NCBI RefSeq assembly: GCF_009914755.1
Contig: NC_060930.1
Source of the DNA: the human T2T-CHM13v2.0 reference genome, Homo sapiens
Strand: one strand, 5' to 3'
Length of the DNA stretch: 64,000 nt
Part shown: one piece after another, positions 34,287-51,668 of the stretch
Layout: the number at the start of each line of letters is the position of its first letter
How positions within the stretch are numbered: position 1 is the stretch's first letter
Translations under genes and position numbers: made by a program
The notes under the pieces: generated by a model
Database searches by the model: none
The model's input: only the letters and a program-made list of their open reading frames with translations
Told to the model about the DNA's origin: nothing

Positions 34287-35934
34287 TAAGAGCTTGGCAT
34301 GACATCTAGGGCCGGAAATAGGAGTCAAGTCTGGGTAACCAGTCAAGATGCTGTAATAATCCCCAAGTGGGGCTCAAAGTAGGATTTTGGCCTCCTGAGC
34401 CTTATATTCTAAGCAACTAAGCTACAGGCCCAGACTGACTAAGGTGAAATCATTTCATTTATTTTCTATGTAACTTCTGGTAGGGACAATGCATCGGAAA
34501 ACAATTGTAGGCTCAATGATTTTCCCCTTAATTTATCAGTACCATCTGCATTATAATGTAACTGAATATTTTTAGTTCTGCAGACTTGATTATTCAGAGG
34601 CTGATCATTCAGCTGTTGGCTTTTTGAAGCTCATTATGGCCCGAGTACCCGAAGACAGGAGAGAGGAAATGAAAGGAGGTGAAACTCAAATCAGTGGGCG
34701 TTGCTACTTTATTAGCAGATGAGACACCAAGATTGGGGTGGAGGGGGTGCGAGAGGGTGAAACCCCAGGTCTCCAGAGCTGAGGCTCTCTTCAGGCAGCT
34801 TTTATCAGATTCACACATCTTACATCACAGCACACTGACAGTCTGTCAATAATTCTGTGAGACTGGCCTATCCCCATAGTGATCCAAGACTATCACTAAG
34901 CTCCCTTCCTTTGTTCATATGGAAAAACCAAAACTCCAAAGGAGATTAACAGTTGAAGCCTTGAGGCCTAGAACCAACCCTTGCCCTGCAGAAGTCAGAG
35001 GACAGGTCAGCCCTGACTCCGAAAGGCCTGAGGATGGATTCATTTAGGGAAATGTTTAGAAAAGAATGCTGGGAGGAGTCTAAGCCACTTCCTCATGAAG
35101 CCCTGCCTCCCTCTCCCTCCCTTCCACACATTAATTATTCCCAGCAGGCCTTCCCACTTCCCAGGAACCCACAGATAGAGAAGTCCAATACACTGGCTCT
35201 GAGCCCTGGGTCACACCCAAGGTCCCCTGGCACTGTCCCTCTCGCAGCAGGCTGAGCTGTGGTTGGAGACTTGACTCCGGTCCCAGGCCCACATGCCCTT
35301 CAACCCCATCTGTGCCCAGCAGGCGCTGGGTGAATGTTACTGAACAAATGAATGAAAGCCACTCATTATTTTAAGTGAAAACTAAGTCACACCCAAGGAG
35401 GACCACACTCCTAATTTCTCTAGTGACAGTATTCCTCCAGCTGAGCCATGCAAAATGCACCTCACTTCTCTCTCCTTTCCTCTCCAGTCTGCTTCCTTTT
35501 TTCTTCCATCCTGAGCACTGGTGTCTGGAGAAACCCCCTGCCCTGGGAAGGTAGCATTCTCTTCTCTGGCTGACAACAGACTTTCCCGTGGATGGACCCT
35601 GCGAGGTCTGGGAAACCCTACTCACCTCAACCCAGTAGGCTCCGGGCCGTCCTAAGTGAACCAACCACAGGAGAAAACCACGGAGGGGGGGAAATGGAAG
35701 GAAGCACCCCCTGCTACCGCCTCCTCTCACTTTCTCCGGGGCCTTAGCTCTGTCAGATTTTGAAGCATAATGAGTTTTGTTTCATAACAGTCTTAAATGA
35801 ACTGGAAGGGGGAAGGGGATGACAATGATAAAAATCTTAATTAAAAAAAATTCCTACAGGCAAAGAGATTATCCAGATCCTGAGATGTGATAAAAGTCTG
35901 TTGAGCTGGGGGCCCTCCCGAGCCCCCAAGGACA

Positions 35935-36460
35935 CAGCACTGGACATATATTTACGGAGCGCCTACTGTGTGCTGGGCACTCTTCCGAGGGCTTCGGATG
36001 CAGCAGTGAACAAACCCATTCTAGGAGAGGGAGGACTGGCAACAAAGATAATGAACAAGCAAACTACAGAGGACGGGAACAGGCTGAAGTGTTTTGGAAG
36101 AAAAGGAACAACAGAGCAAGTAAAGGGGATGGGTCATTCGGGCGAAGGTGTGGCGCACCTAACTGGAGAGGTGAGGAAAGCCCTGTTGAGAAAGAGACAG
36201 ACTTCTGAGCCAAGACTTGAAAGAGGGCCGGGAGGGAGCAATGCAGATGAGTATCTAGGTTCTGGAAGAGCAACCCCAGCAGAGAGGACGGCTGTGCAAA
36301 GGCCCTGAGGCAAGCGCATACCAGATATGGGGCTGGAGAGGAGGAATGAGGAGGAGAGCTGTAGAAAGACAGGGCCTCAGGGGGGCTCTGGACTACTGTA
36401 TGGACTCTGGCTTGTACTGCTTGGTGGGGGCCGCTGATGGGTTGTAAGCAGGAGAGAGAC
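35935..36460 (-). mobile_element. L2 LINE fragment
   Basis: atttacggagcgcctactgtgtgctgggcactc...ggatgcagcagtgaacaaa...gtgcaaaggccctgaggca. Confidence 0.75.
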
Positions 36461-36732
36461 AGGTTTCCTTGTCATTCTCTGCCACCCCATCCCATCATTC
36501 TTCCTGGTAATCTCCCTTGATATCATTTAATAAATATGGCTCAAAGCCCTCTCAGACTTCTGGTGATGAGTTATAAACTCAAACAATCTTAAGAAAACCG
36601 GCAAGTCCCACACCTACTGCCCCCCAAAATCAGTATTAGACCATCTTCCCTCACTCCAAAAAGCAAGGAGTTGAATCTTTTTTCTCTTAAGAGCTGCTGA
36701 CCAAGAGAAGAAATAGAAAATGTTAATTAATA

Positions 36733-37364
<632 letters not shown>

Positions 37365-38254
37365 TCAATAACTAAAGACAAGGGAAGAGTAATTTCATTC
37401 AGCAAATTTTTTCTTGAGAGTGCAAAAGCTAAAAAGCTTGTTTTTAGACTAAAAATGGAAAAAATTTATTCAATAAATAGAAGACATTTTAAAATACAGG
37501 CTACTTAACATATATATAACTAGCAATTAATAGAAAGGAGGAAAGCGAGAGATGGAGAAAAAAGGGAAGGTGGGTAGGTAGAAAGATAAGAATGGAAAAC
37601 AGAATGACAAATACAGAGAGGAAAATGGAGATATATGTGGAAAAGTACAGAAGGCTCCAAACAGAGAGGCAGAAAGAAAAAGGAACTGAAGTTCCACAGG
37701 GTCTGAGGTTTCTTACTCTTCATTCACTCCCTGCAGTTTATTAGGTCCAAAGCACCAGCGCTTAATCCTTTCATTCCCTACTGCCCTGTGGCTGCCCTGA
37801 TACTCCAATTAGTGGGCCCTCTATTTACACCTCTTTATCCTTACGCTAAGTAGAACTGGAGGAAGGGAGGGAAGAGAGATTAAATTACTCTTCCTCTCAA
37901 AACTGGAAAGGCAGTGGCCCAGCCAACACTAGCCGGTCAAGCCAGAGGTGGCAGCAGAAATTCCCTTGTCACTCAATACACACCAGGGACCCCCCCACCC
38001 CACAATAGATACAATATAAGCCACTAGGCAACCTTACCTTCTCAAGCTATAAAGTGAGCCGCCATGTCTGAGACCAGGTCCCAAATGCACCTTCTGTCAA
38101 TGGAAGCTTCTGTCCCAAATTGTCCCCACCTTCATGTCCCTCACCCTACCCGATGAGAAAGAAAAAAAGGCCCAACTAACAGAAGACTGAGGAAGCCCTG
38201 AAATAAGCTAAAATGGTTAGAAAGAAAGTGATAATAAATGAGAACGATGAGCTC

Positions 38255-38490
38255 ATGGTAGTATAGTATAGCAGTTAACAGTACAGGCTCTAGGGTCAGA
38301 ATGCATGGCTCAGCTCTGCCACTGACAACTCTACCATGGGCAAGTGACCTATTCCCTCATGCCTCAGATTCCTCTTCTCAAAAAAGAGGACCAGTAATAA
38401 TACCTGTGCCCTAGGGCTCTTGGGAGAATTAAAGTCAGTATTATACAGCATGTAAAAGAATTGTCTGGCACGTGGTGAGCATTATATGAA
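38255..38490 (+). mobile_element. MIR SINE
   Basis: gcagttaacagtacaggctctagggtcaga...ctctgccactga...gggcaagtgacc...gcctcagattcctc. Confidence 0.7.
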
Positions 38491-38823
38491 TATTTCTCAA
38501 GAAATAAAAATACTTTTTAAAAAGGAAAGCTTCTTTCTGAACCATCCAAGAGAGAAAAGGTCTATAGTTTTATTTTTGTACATGCTATATGCATAAAAAC
38601 AATCACTACTGATTAGTATTTTCAACTCTGATCATTTCTACTCCACACTTTTAAAATATGAATAAAATGCTTCAGCAAAAATATACAAAGACATTTGTGG
38701 CGGTATTATTCATAAAAGCAAACTGTGTGAAATGACCTAAGTATCTGACAATTGAAGAAAATGTGAGTAGATCATAAAAGCCATAACAGGGAGCTTGTGC
38801 AAATATTAAAAAATCACATGATG

Positions 38824-39148
<325 letters not shown>

Positions 39149-39994
39149 TTAAAGACATGGAAAATACTTCTAATGTTAATCATAAAGGATACGAAATTAG
39201 ACTTCGCTTTCAGGTATTATGGGGCAGTGAATATTAAACTAGTCCTCTGGTACAGAACAGCTACATAAGATAGATAAAATACAAGATAATTATAATAATA
39301 ACATTTTGAAGGTGTGGAAATACAACAAGGCAGTTGGGACTTGAGGGACCAGGCTCCTAGAGGAAAGGGAGGTGCAGTGAGGTGAGCCATGTATTAGTAG
39401 CTACTGTTTTCCCTCAGGACACTTGCTAATCTGGTGCAAGGAACACAGAGGCAAAACAGAAAGCAGTAAATGAAAGCTTTCAGCAGCTTTCTCCCTGGGC
39501 CGAGAAGACAAAAACTGGAGTTCAGGGCTATGAACATATCCAAGATTTAAGAGCCCAAGATACCAGAAAAAAAAGTGAACCCCAAAGAAATGAGTCCAAT
39601 GTTCTGTAAGCGATTTCTCCTCAAGGCACTGACACACACCTAAGTCTTCTGTGCACAGAGCTAAAACCTAGGAATCCAAACAGAAAAAAAAAAAGCTATT
39701 AAAACACTAGCACATTAAGCAGAGCTTTGGTAGTTTTACAGTGGCAAGCAGATGAAACTCTGAAATCAGGGCCTACCAAGGCCTTCTTGTACCATTGTAC
39801 AGGTAAGGGCAAATAAAAAATATACCAGCCTTAACTGAGCCTCTACATTTTCCACGGTAAAATGCCCAGCACTCAAACAACAATCACCAAGCATGTCAGG
39901 AAATAGGACCAAACCAACAAAAATACACGATCAATAAAAACAAACCTCAGAAGGTATCCAAATATTGAAGTTGTCAGCCAGAACTTTAAAATTA

Positions 39995-40300
<306 letters not shown>

Positions 40301-40931
40301 AAAGAGAGAACTGAATAGATGTGCTTGACAACAAAAAGGAATAGTAAAAGAAATGACTGGTGCTGTGGAAGATGGGTCAGTAGAAAAAAATACATAAAGG
40401 CACAGAAAATACAGAAATGAGTTCCAGAGACATGTAGGATACCATGAAAGGGTCTAACATATGTGCAGGAGCCTGAGAAAGGGAGGAGAGGATTAAACAG
40501 CAAAAGCAAAATTGGAAGACAATGCTTCAAGAATTTTCTAAAACTGACCAAAAACACAGAGCCATGATTTACAGATGCACTCCAAACTCCACAGGGGATC
40601 CATATGAAGAGAACCACACCTATGTACATCATAGTAAAATTGCTAAAAAAAAAAACAAAGCCAAAGAGAAAAAACAGATATGTTACTTTCAGAAGAACCA
40701 CAATAAAACTGACAGATGACTTTTTAACAGAAATGAAGGAAGCCAGAAGACAATGGAATGACATTTCCAAAGGACTGAAAGAAAATAAAACAAGCCCAAA
40801 TCTCCCAAATATGAAGGTGAATAAAGATTTTTTTCCAGGGGAAAAAAATCTCCCAAATATGAAGGTGAATAAAACGCATTTTCCGACAAACAAAAACTGG
40901 GAGAACTGGAACACCAGCAGACACCCTCCAC

Positions 40932-40937
40932 CACACA

Positions 40938-40980
<43 letters not shown>
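40932..40980. repeat. (CA)n microsatellite
   Basis: About 21 pure CA units. Confidence 0.97.
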
Positions 40981-40982
<2 letters not shown>

Positions 40983-41095
40983 CTAATAGGAGTTATTCAT
41001 GTAGAAAGAAATTAAGCTGAGAGAGAAGCATGCTTATATGGAAGGAAATGAAGAACAGCAAAAAGAGTAAGTATGTGGATTAATCTAAATTATTA

Positions 41096-41420
<325 letters not shown>

Positions 41421-41654
41421 AAATCAAACAAACAAACACACACAAAAAAAATGTCTTCTGGGGTTTCATAGAGAGAGAATTAAAATACACAAGACTTCAA
41501 AAGGCATAAGGGAGGTAAAAAAGGCCTAAGTGTTTAAGTGGCCTGAATTGTCCAGAAAACGGCTAAAACATTAATTAAGGGTAAGCTCTTTAAAAGTTTT
41601 TGTATTTTTTGAGGAGACATGGATGGCATGTATACAGAGCCGAGTGCATCTACT

Positions 41655-41818
41655 CAAAAAACACAAAAACTTAGCCAGGCATGGTGGTGCACTCCTGTAG
41701 TGCCAGCTACTCAGGAGGCTGAGGCAGGAGGATTGCTTGAGCCTAGGAGGTCAAAGCTATAGTGAGCTGTGATCACGCCACTGCACTCCAGCCTGGGTGA
41801 CAGAGTAATACTCCTTCT
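41655..41818 (+). mobile_element. Alu right-arm fragment
   Basis: ttagccaggcatggtggtgcactcctgtag...gcctgggtgacagagt. Confidence 0.85.
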
Positions 41819-41962
41819 TAGGAATTTACCGCCCAAAAAGAATCTAAGATGAACTTAAAGATTTATGTACAAGGATATTTATCAAAGTATTATTTATAAT
41901 AGTTAAAAAATGATAAATAAGGTAAATTCCTAATAATAGGGACTAGTTAAATAAGTTATGGA

Positions 41963-42272
<310 letters not shown>

Positions 42273-42356
42273 AGTTATGGGACCCAGTGCCCCGTACACA
42301 GTAGGCACTCCATAAATATCTGTTGAACATAGAGTCCATATGAAAGGATAATAAGC

Positions 42357-42692
<336 letters not shown>

Positions 42693-43069
42693 TTAGTAAG
42701 TATTAAATCACATTCAAAAGAACCCTAATATGATTTTGAAAGCATAATATCATAGCTAATATTTATTAAGAACTTACTATCTGCTAGGCACAGCCCCAGA
42801 TGTTTTACATGTATTGTCTCATTTCATTTCACCCAGGCCTATTGTTATTTAAAGTGAATGAAGGATCCTGGATTCAAATCCAGGCAGTCTGACTGCAGTG
42901 CTTAAATTTTTAATCACTAGACTTTACTGCCTAGAAAAAATACTGGAAGGAAATATATTAAAATGTTAACAGGGAGGAATTAAAGCCCTTTTTTATTTTC
43001 TTCCTCATCTGTGTCAGTATTTTCCAAATTCTCTATAATCACTATGAATTATTTGCAATCTCCCTCTAC

Positions 43070-43114
<45 letters not shown>
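43070..43114. repeat. (A)n(TA)n microsatellite
   Basis: A-run of ~16 followed by ~15 TA units. Confidence 0.95.
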
Positions 43115-43118
<4 letters not shown>

Positions 43119-43934
43119 CTACTTTCACTTACCATTTATACAATTTCAGTGAAAAAGTCTTAACACTAACAAAGCTTTCAATTATGTCTGCTCCAGGCCT
43201 TAGAGGCAGGAGACTGTGGTGTAAATGTGAGGCAGAACATTCTGACCAGGAAAGGCTGATGAGCCTGATCCAGAGACTGCAGAGCCCATGACTTCCATTC
43301 CATAAATACGTCATCATCATCTTGCTTAGCAAGTGTGGATTTTTACACACATTCTGCTAGTTAATCTTCCTAATAACCAAGTAGATGTGACCACCTCAGG
43401 AAACGGAGGTTCAGGAAGGTGAAGTGACCCTCCTAGGGACACACAAGGGCACTCCAGCTCTGGTTGGAGGTCCTCCCACTTGCAGCCCAGCCACCAATGA
43501 TTCCCCCAAATCATGTGGAATAATTTGGGGCAGACCTGAGAGCACATTCAGCCCCAAACACTTCTGGAAGCTAACAACGTGTGTGAACCACGCACCCATC
43601 GCGCCCAAAGCCCAGGGATGGCACTGAGATCCCACCCTCACAGAGTTTCACCCCCTCAGAAAATGATTATGCAGAAGAGTAAAGAATATGGCTTCACAGT
43701 TCTCAAAGCACTTTTGCATTTTTTTAAATCTCATTTTACTCTCAAAATAAACCTTTTCAGTCAGTAAAACAAAGGTACTGAGAGGACATGGAAAATGAGG
43801 CTCCAAGAGTTAGCGCTATCCACGAATAGCCCCAGAGGGTTGGCATGGTGTTCCTTCCACCATATTATCATAGTCATATTTTTGAAGGAAACTCAAGTCA
43901 TGCTGTCTGGTAAGGCGAAATGGGAGGTAGGATA

Positions 43935-44504
<570 letters not shown>

Positions 44505-44569
44505 TAAAATGTATCCTGTCCCCCAACATATACAAGGTAAGGTCGCCATGGCCAGAGCACATTGCCTCA

Positions 44570-44947
<378 letters not shown>

Positions 44948-45701
44948 TTAAGACTAGATTCATATCAGCTACTTGCCTTTTTAAAACTCTTTCCAAGTTT
45001 TTAAATTTAAGCCCCAAAAGTGTCCTCACAGAAGGAGCAGGTACGAGTTGAGAAGGACAGAAGGCTGAGACCCCAGGCTCTGTGTTCTGTGCTTCTGTGC
45101 AGATTAGATCAGAGGGTTTAGATATGGGAGGACACAGCATACGGCCTGCCCTGAAGGGAATCACACAGGTGAGCACAGGATGGGAGGGGAGGGGAAGGAG
45201 GGCAGCCCACCAACAGAGTGGAGAGTGGAAAGGGAGTGTCGCAGAATACATGGCCAGGAGCCTCAAGGAAGAAAAGGGGACAGACACAGAAGTGAAAGTG
45301 CCTCTTAGAGACTGAAAAAGAGCAGGCGAGATGGAGAGAGAAATGGCAGGCCATGCCGTAGAAAGATGGCAATGCTTCTCCTTCAACATCACTGCCACTT
45401 GCCCCTGTGTTTCCAACACTTTCCTAAGTAGTCTCCTGGCCTGCAGACTCAACCCCTCCAGACTGGATTCCGTTCCCCAACACATGCTTCCTAACTCCAA
45501 AACCTTCAGTGACTCCCCTACTGCCTACAGGGTCAGGACTACGCTCCATAACGTGACATCGGGTTCTCCCTGCCCAATCCCTGCTCACCTCTCCAGCCTC
45601 ATCATCTGGCAACTGTCTCTGAGACAGTACGTACCAGGCCCCAGGATGGGTGCTGGGGACACAATAAATAAGACATGGTATACCCTTAAGAAGCTGAAAG
45701 T

Positions 45702-45855
45702 CGGCTGGGCACAGTGGCGGGCACCTGTAATCCCAGCTACTCAGGAGACTGAGGCAGGAGAATCACTTTAACCTGGGAGGCGGAGGTTGCAGTGAGCTGA
45801 GATCGCACTGCTGCACTCCAGCCTGGGCGACAGAGCAAGACTCTGTCTCAAAAAT
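45702..45855 (+). mobile_element. Alu right monomer
   Basis: ggctgggcacagtggcgggcacctgtaatcccagctac...gactctgtctcaaaa. Confidence 0.88.
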
Positions 45856-45904
45856 AGATCAATAGATAAACAAATAAGACTCCAAAACAAACAAACAAAC
45901 AAAG

Positions 45905-46087
45905 GGACTCCGAGGGCACCCTGGCCCATTCCGCCATGTGAGGACCCGGTAAGAAGATGACCATCTAAGACCAAATCTGCCCCTGCCTTGTTCTTGGACC
46001 GCCTGGCCTTCTGAACTGTTAGAAATAAAAGTTTGTTATTTGAGCCACTCAGTCTATTACATTTTTGTTATAGTAGCCCAAACAAAG
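45905..46087 (+). mobile_element. MLT1A-like LTR 3' fragment
   Basis: ccgccatgtgaggac...aagaagatgaccatct...gaactgttagaaataaa...agtctattacatttttgttatagtagcccaaac. Confidence 0.75.
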
Positions 46088-46569
46088 TCAGAGGGATAAG
46101 CCTAGCTGCTCCAGACAGTATGTCCTGTGAACTTCTTCAGAAATTCTGCCTTTTTCTGGTGGGCATCACTGTGTGTCGTATTTCCATGTTCACATGACGG
46201 TCCTTCACTAGACTCTGAGCTCCTCTTATTTGTCCTGGCATTTCCAGCCATTGGGACAATCCTAATATATGGCAGGCACTCAATAAATGCTTGATGAACA
46301 AGTTGTCAGCAAAGCCACCCACCGTGGCCTGGCAGGGATGGGGGCAGGGCACTCATCTCTTCTAACAAGGCTATGAGACCCTTGACCTTCCTTAGAATAA
46401 CAGCTCACTCCAGGAACTCAGGAAAGATTCTCTTAAACATCCTGAGCACTCTACCCATAGCTGTCAACGGCAGGCCTCATTTGCAGCTCTAGATATTTTG
46501 CTGAGGTTCTTAGAGTCTAGAGGTCTGTACATAGCAAGCATACAGTGACTAGGCAATTTCTAAAGGCAG

Positions 46570-46795
46570 CATAGTCTAAGGATCAGGAGCCAGTCTTTGG
46601 AGCGGGTCCTGAGTTTGGATACCAGCTCCGCCACGCAGCACCTGTCCTTAAACAAGTTGCTGAAACCCCCCGAGCCTCAGTTTCCTCAAGTGTGAAGTGG
46701 ACATCACATCTGCTTCCTACAATTGTAGGAGAATGAAATGACTAAAATATCCACACAAGGCCAGGCACATAGTAAGCTTTCTATAAATAGCAGTT
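46570..46795 (+). mobile_element. MIR SINE
   Basis: ttaaacaagttgctgaaac...gagcctcagtttcctca...ggcacatagtaagc. Confidence 0.7.
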
Positions 46796-49700
46796 ACTAC
46801 TACTAAAGCGATCTGGAGCCCTAATGCTGATACCCCATGGCCTATGCAAATTCCTGAGCCCCTAAATAGGCTCTTCTTGGTGTGCTCTGGGAGGTAAAAG
46901 ATATCCAATCTCTGACTCACAATATGTTACCAAAATTCTCCTCAAATTCCCAAGAGAAAATGTATTTTAATTCCCTCTAACTTTAAAAATTAAACAGTTC
47001 TTACAGCATTTTGGGGTGGCAGGGGTGAGGAAGGAGCCCACAAAATCCAACAAGCAGCTTTTAAAAGGTTACAAACTGATTGGAGAAAGAAAGAAGGCAG
47101 CTGGAGGGGGTGAGAAGCGGGGATGGAGACAATCCCCTGAGTTTCTGCTATTATTGAATACCCCAACTCTCAAAGTAGCCCTGCTGCCCCCTCCTCCACG
47201 TGCGCTAAGCTCTGTTAATGAGAAAGCCGAGCTCTGCCTACATTACCACAATAATGATTTCCCGGTTGCATTTTTACATGCCTGCCGCTTTATCACAGCA
47301 GAAGTAGACATATATTTTCAATAAATCCCTTCTCTCCTTTCCCCTCCCCAACTCGAGCTCTCCCAGTAAATGCTGTTCCCTCTGCACCCTCCCCCAGTGC
47401 AATCCCAACCCTGGAGCACAATGAGTTCCACTAATCAAAACAGAAAGAAAAAGAAAAATGGAAAAATCACAGCTGCTGAAAAACAGCATTTGCTACAAGT
47501 CAAAGCCCTCTACATTTTTTCTGCACGCAGCATTTACTTCTTCAAGGACACATCACCCCGCCTCTATCAGAAATCTTACGTAGAGTTGCTCAAAGGGGGG
47601 AAGGAGGAGGGGGTGGGTGAAGAAATCTAATATTCAGTCTCTTTCCTATTTTGACTAAGCCAGCACAGACAGAAATATAGATAAGGCCTTGAATAACTGA
47701 TTTAACAAAATGTCACTTATTAAAAGGAATGGGGGATGGGACAGCATTTGCATTCGAGAGCTCAGTTAAACCACCCCAGCTAAAGGCTGCAAGGCCAAGG
47801 CAAGGCAAGGGGGAAGAAAATATTTCTTAGGTCTGGTCTTCTTCAGTGGCTGCAAGGACTGGGCCTGGTAGCAGAGAAGCCTGGATTTCTCCTTCCATTA
47901 AGAACCAATGGCGAGAAAACCAGAGGTTTAAAAAAAAAAAAGAAAAGAAAAACCCAGCTGATTCTGAAGTAAGCATTTTTACAGCACTAACTAGTGTCAG
48001 GCTCTGTGCTAGAGGCCGGGGGGTACAGAAATGAGTGATGACCCAGTTCTGCCTTCCCCAAGCTCCCAGTCCAGAGGGGTGAAAGACACGTCCCACTGCA
48101 AGTATGACAGCAGCAGCCTTATAAACCAAGGGCAGCAGGAGCCCAGGAACAGCCCCTTCCAGCCCACCCACTGCCCTGGCCAGGCCCAGGCACACAGAGC
48201 CATCAAGAAAGACTTAAGGAATGAGCGTTTGCGAGGTTTGAATTCCATACTGCCTTCTAAAGAAGCTCAGACTCTTCAAAAGGAAAGAGGCCCCTAAATG
48301 TCCTTACTTACTGTGGCTCCCCCTGAAAACCCCTCAGCTCGCATGTATTCACCCAATTAACAAAGAAAAGCGAACTCAAGCCCCAATACTTCAGAATCAG
48401 CCTCATTACTGGTGTCCTTCAGTTGAATTTAAGGGAGCTTGGTATCTCCTATTGTAATGACAACAGAGGGAACTCAAACGACACTCCTATTAAAACTCCT
48501 TGGGCATCAACTCCAGCTTTTTTTCTTTTCCTTTAAAAAAAAAAAATCTTTCAAAGGAGTTAGATTGGGGGCAGTTTCCCAAAGACCAAGGGAGGCCCTA
48601 GGAGCAGCCTCTGTAATGACAAAGACCCCTAGAGGCCCTCAGGAAGGATTCTTTCTGAGGGAGCAAGCTGTCCAGGGCCCTGTTATCTCCAAAGTCAGAG
48701 CCCAGGGGCTAGAGGCCACACCATCTAGAAATGACCACTAGACCACCCAGGTCCCTCTGCTGAGGGGCCCCACAGAAGGGACAGAGCTGACAGTAGGACA
48801 CAGATGGCAAATAGCTGCCCAAATAGCTGCCCAATTTGTTAAAGTCAAGTCTTGGCCTTCATTATAAGGCAGCCTTAAAGCTTTGTGCTCCAGAATAATG
48901 GAGGCAAACAATTTAAGTTTTCAAAAATGTCATGCCAAAAACATGCTTAAATCATCTGAGTATTTCCAACTAAGCTCATTGGAGTTGTAAGCCCAAAACA
49001 CCCAGATGATCTTCCTGGTTTCCACGATCTTTTACATATATTCTGTACCACATTCTTTTATTTAATGCTGTATAGTATTATCTATTTCAGAGTGCACAAA
49101 ATTTGGAAACCATTCAAATTGTGGCATTAAATCAGGGCTTTGGATGCTGGCTGAACAGGTGACTCTTAGTTGATCATTTATTTATATTTTCCAATTTTAC
49201 TTCTCGAGCCTCAGTTTCCTCAGCTATAAAATGAGGATATCTACCTTCTCTGGTTGTTGCAGAACACAAATAAGATATGTCAAAGAGGCTTTGGAACTAC
49301 AAAATGCGAGTTATTTCAGTGATGGCCTCCATTTCCTCTCTCTCTGATTTTTCGTTGATTTCTTCCTTCTCTCTATGAAACCAAATTGCTATCAGTTCCA
49401 CTGTTTTTCAAAATCAACGACACATATTTATTATACAAATACAGAAGAAGCCCCATTATCCACAGGTGTGGCAAAATCTCAATAATTGCTAAATCTAGGT
49501 GATGAGTACAAGAGAGTTCATTATACTAGCCTCTCTGCTTTTGTGTATGTTTAAAGTTTTTTCATAATAAAGATCATTTTTAAATAAATAAATAAAGCTT
49601 CACCTTCTTAGGCAGAGGCCAGGAGCCCGATTAGTGAAAAGCACTGGATATCTTTTTAAAATGAGAATTGACTTTCCAGCATACACAGTAAGACTAAGGG

Positions 49701-51255
49701 CTAATGACTGCTTTTAGGTAGATTCAGCTTCATAGCACAATCCTTATTTGCAAAACAAACACTGAATGCAAATGAAGACGGCTAAGACTGTAGAACCTCA
49801 GTCGGGTTTCTTGGGGTAGGTTCAAGGTTCTCCTGCACCCAGTTCACAGGATTCTTTGTGGAGCAAACCAAGTTTATTTGGCCCTTTGGGTGGGCAGGTC
49901 CCAGATTCTGAATATGGAATCAGAATTTGAACCTGTATTGACTGGCACTGCCCAGCCAGCATTTCTGAGGCCAGCCTTCCGACAAGAAGAGCAGTTTTGC
50001 TAAAGGATCACAGAGAACTTGAAAACCCCAAATAGAAGGCAGCTACACGTAGGGAACAACAGTGGGAGTGGACAAGGGAAATGTTTCGCTGGCTGTCAGA
50101 TTTTATATCTGAAAAGAAGACCTGGCTGAAGATCAAGTCGCCTCACTGCTGCCTCTGTTCTATGCCTCTTACCGTTGACATCGCACTTTCCATACATGAT
50201 CTGATTCCCTCTCACAACTTGAAGAGGAGAGGTGAAGATGGTACCAGCCCTCTTTTTACAGATGTAGAGAGGCTCGGAGGTCGACTAGTCCAGAGCCTTG
50301 GTGTAGAGCTGGATCTCAATCCAGCTCTGACTCTCTCCTTTTCCACCCACCTCCCATGCAGACCCCATGGCTGGGAACCACCGAGGCTGGTAGTCCATGG
50401 GATATTTTTTGTGAAAGACAACCTAAACAACAGGCAGCCTTTGCTTTTTTTTTTTTTTTTTGCTTTTTTTTCTTTTGAGCTTCTTGCTCAAAACCTATGA
50501 CAGTACCCACCAACTCTGAACAGGGCTGAAAATCACAGAAGTCTTTTTCTAATCATAGTTTTCAAATAAATTTAATGTGAGGCCCAAATTACTTTAACTG
50601 AAGACTCTTTTCTCCAAGCTAAAGAATTCACTCTTTCCTCTGTGCCGCTCAGTAACGCAGTCAAATGTTCAGAAAAATGCAGTACCATTTCTGATGCAGT
50701 CTTAACCCTTGAGTCTCTGGCTGGTATCAAGTCCTAAGCCCAAACTCCTTCCCAGGGACAGGGCAGCCTCAGCCTGGGGAGGCAGAGCATCTCGGTCCTC
50801 CACAGAGTCCCCTGCCTGCCCACTCCTTAGCATCTGCCCCCTTATCAGTTTTTCTTCCCTGTCATGATGGAGCAAGTTCCTGAAGTATCCCCCACCCCCT
50901 TACAAAGGCCAGATCTTCCCCTCAGACCTTCTCAAGGGCTTTTTGCTCAACTGACCCAACTCGTTTCTCTTGATCAGTCACTCCCTCTCCACTGATCTTT
51001 CCCATCAGCACACAAATTACCAACACTTCCAAAAAACCTCTTTCCCTTGTGCACATCCTTCCAGCTCCCACTCCGTTTCTCTGCTCCTCGCCTTTCATCA
51101 TCAAATTTTGCCAAAGAGTTGACTACACAGGCTGTCCGCAGCTCCTCCCTCACGATCCCCTCCCAACTCTCTCCAGTCGTGGTCCCAGCCAACCCTTCAC
51201 TCCACTGAAACTGTTCTTCACAAGTCACAGACAGATTCCATTTTGCCAAATTCAG

Positions 51256-51555
51256 GGCCTGGTGCAGTAGGTCACATCTGTAATCCAGCACTTGGGGAGG
51301 CCAAGGCAGGTGGATCACCTGAGGTCAGGAGTTTGAGACCAGCCTGGCCAACATGGTGAAACCCCGTCTCTACTAAAAATATAAAAACCAGCCAGGCGTG
51401 GTGACACATGCCTGTAGTCCCAGCTACTCGGGAGGCTAAGGCAAGAGAATCACTTGAACATGGGAGGCAGAGGTTGCATGAGCTGAGATCACGCCACTGC
51501 ACTCCAGCCTGGACAACAGAGCAAGACTCCATCTCAAAAAAAAAAAAACAAAAAA
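51256..51555 (+). mobile_element. Alu (AluS-like)
   Basis: Dimeric Alu. Confidence 0.93.
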
Positions 51556-51610
51556 CGATGAAACAAATCCAATGGTGATTTTTCTGGCCTTATCAGCCTC
51601 AGGAAACACT

Positions 51611-51627
51611 ACACACACAGACACACA

Positions 51628-51662
<35 letters not shown>

Positions 51663-51668
51663 CACACA
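51611..51668. repeat. (CA)n microsatellite
   Basis: Interrupted CA tract. Confidence 0.95.

Noticed and set aside
43127-43350. Strong minus-strand donor ATG|GTAAGT (and GAAG|GTAAGG near 38032)
   Set aside because: No convincing paired acceptor; isolated donor-like hexamers are expected by chance in a 57-kb intron.
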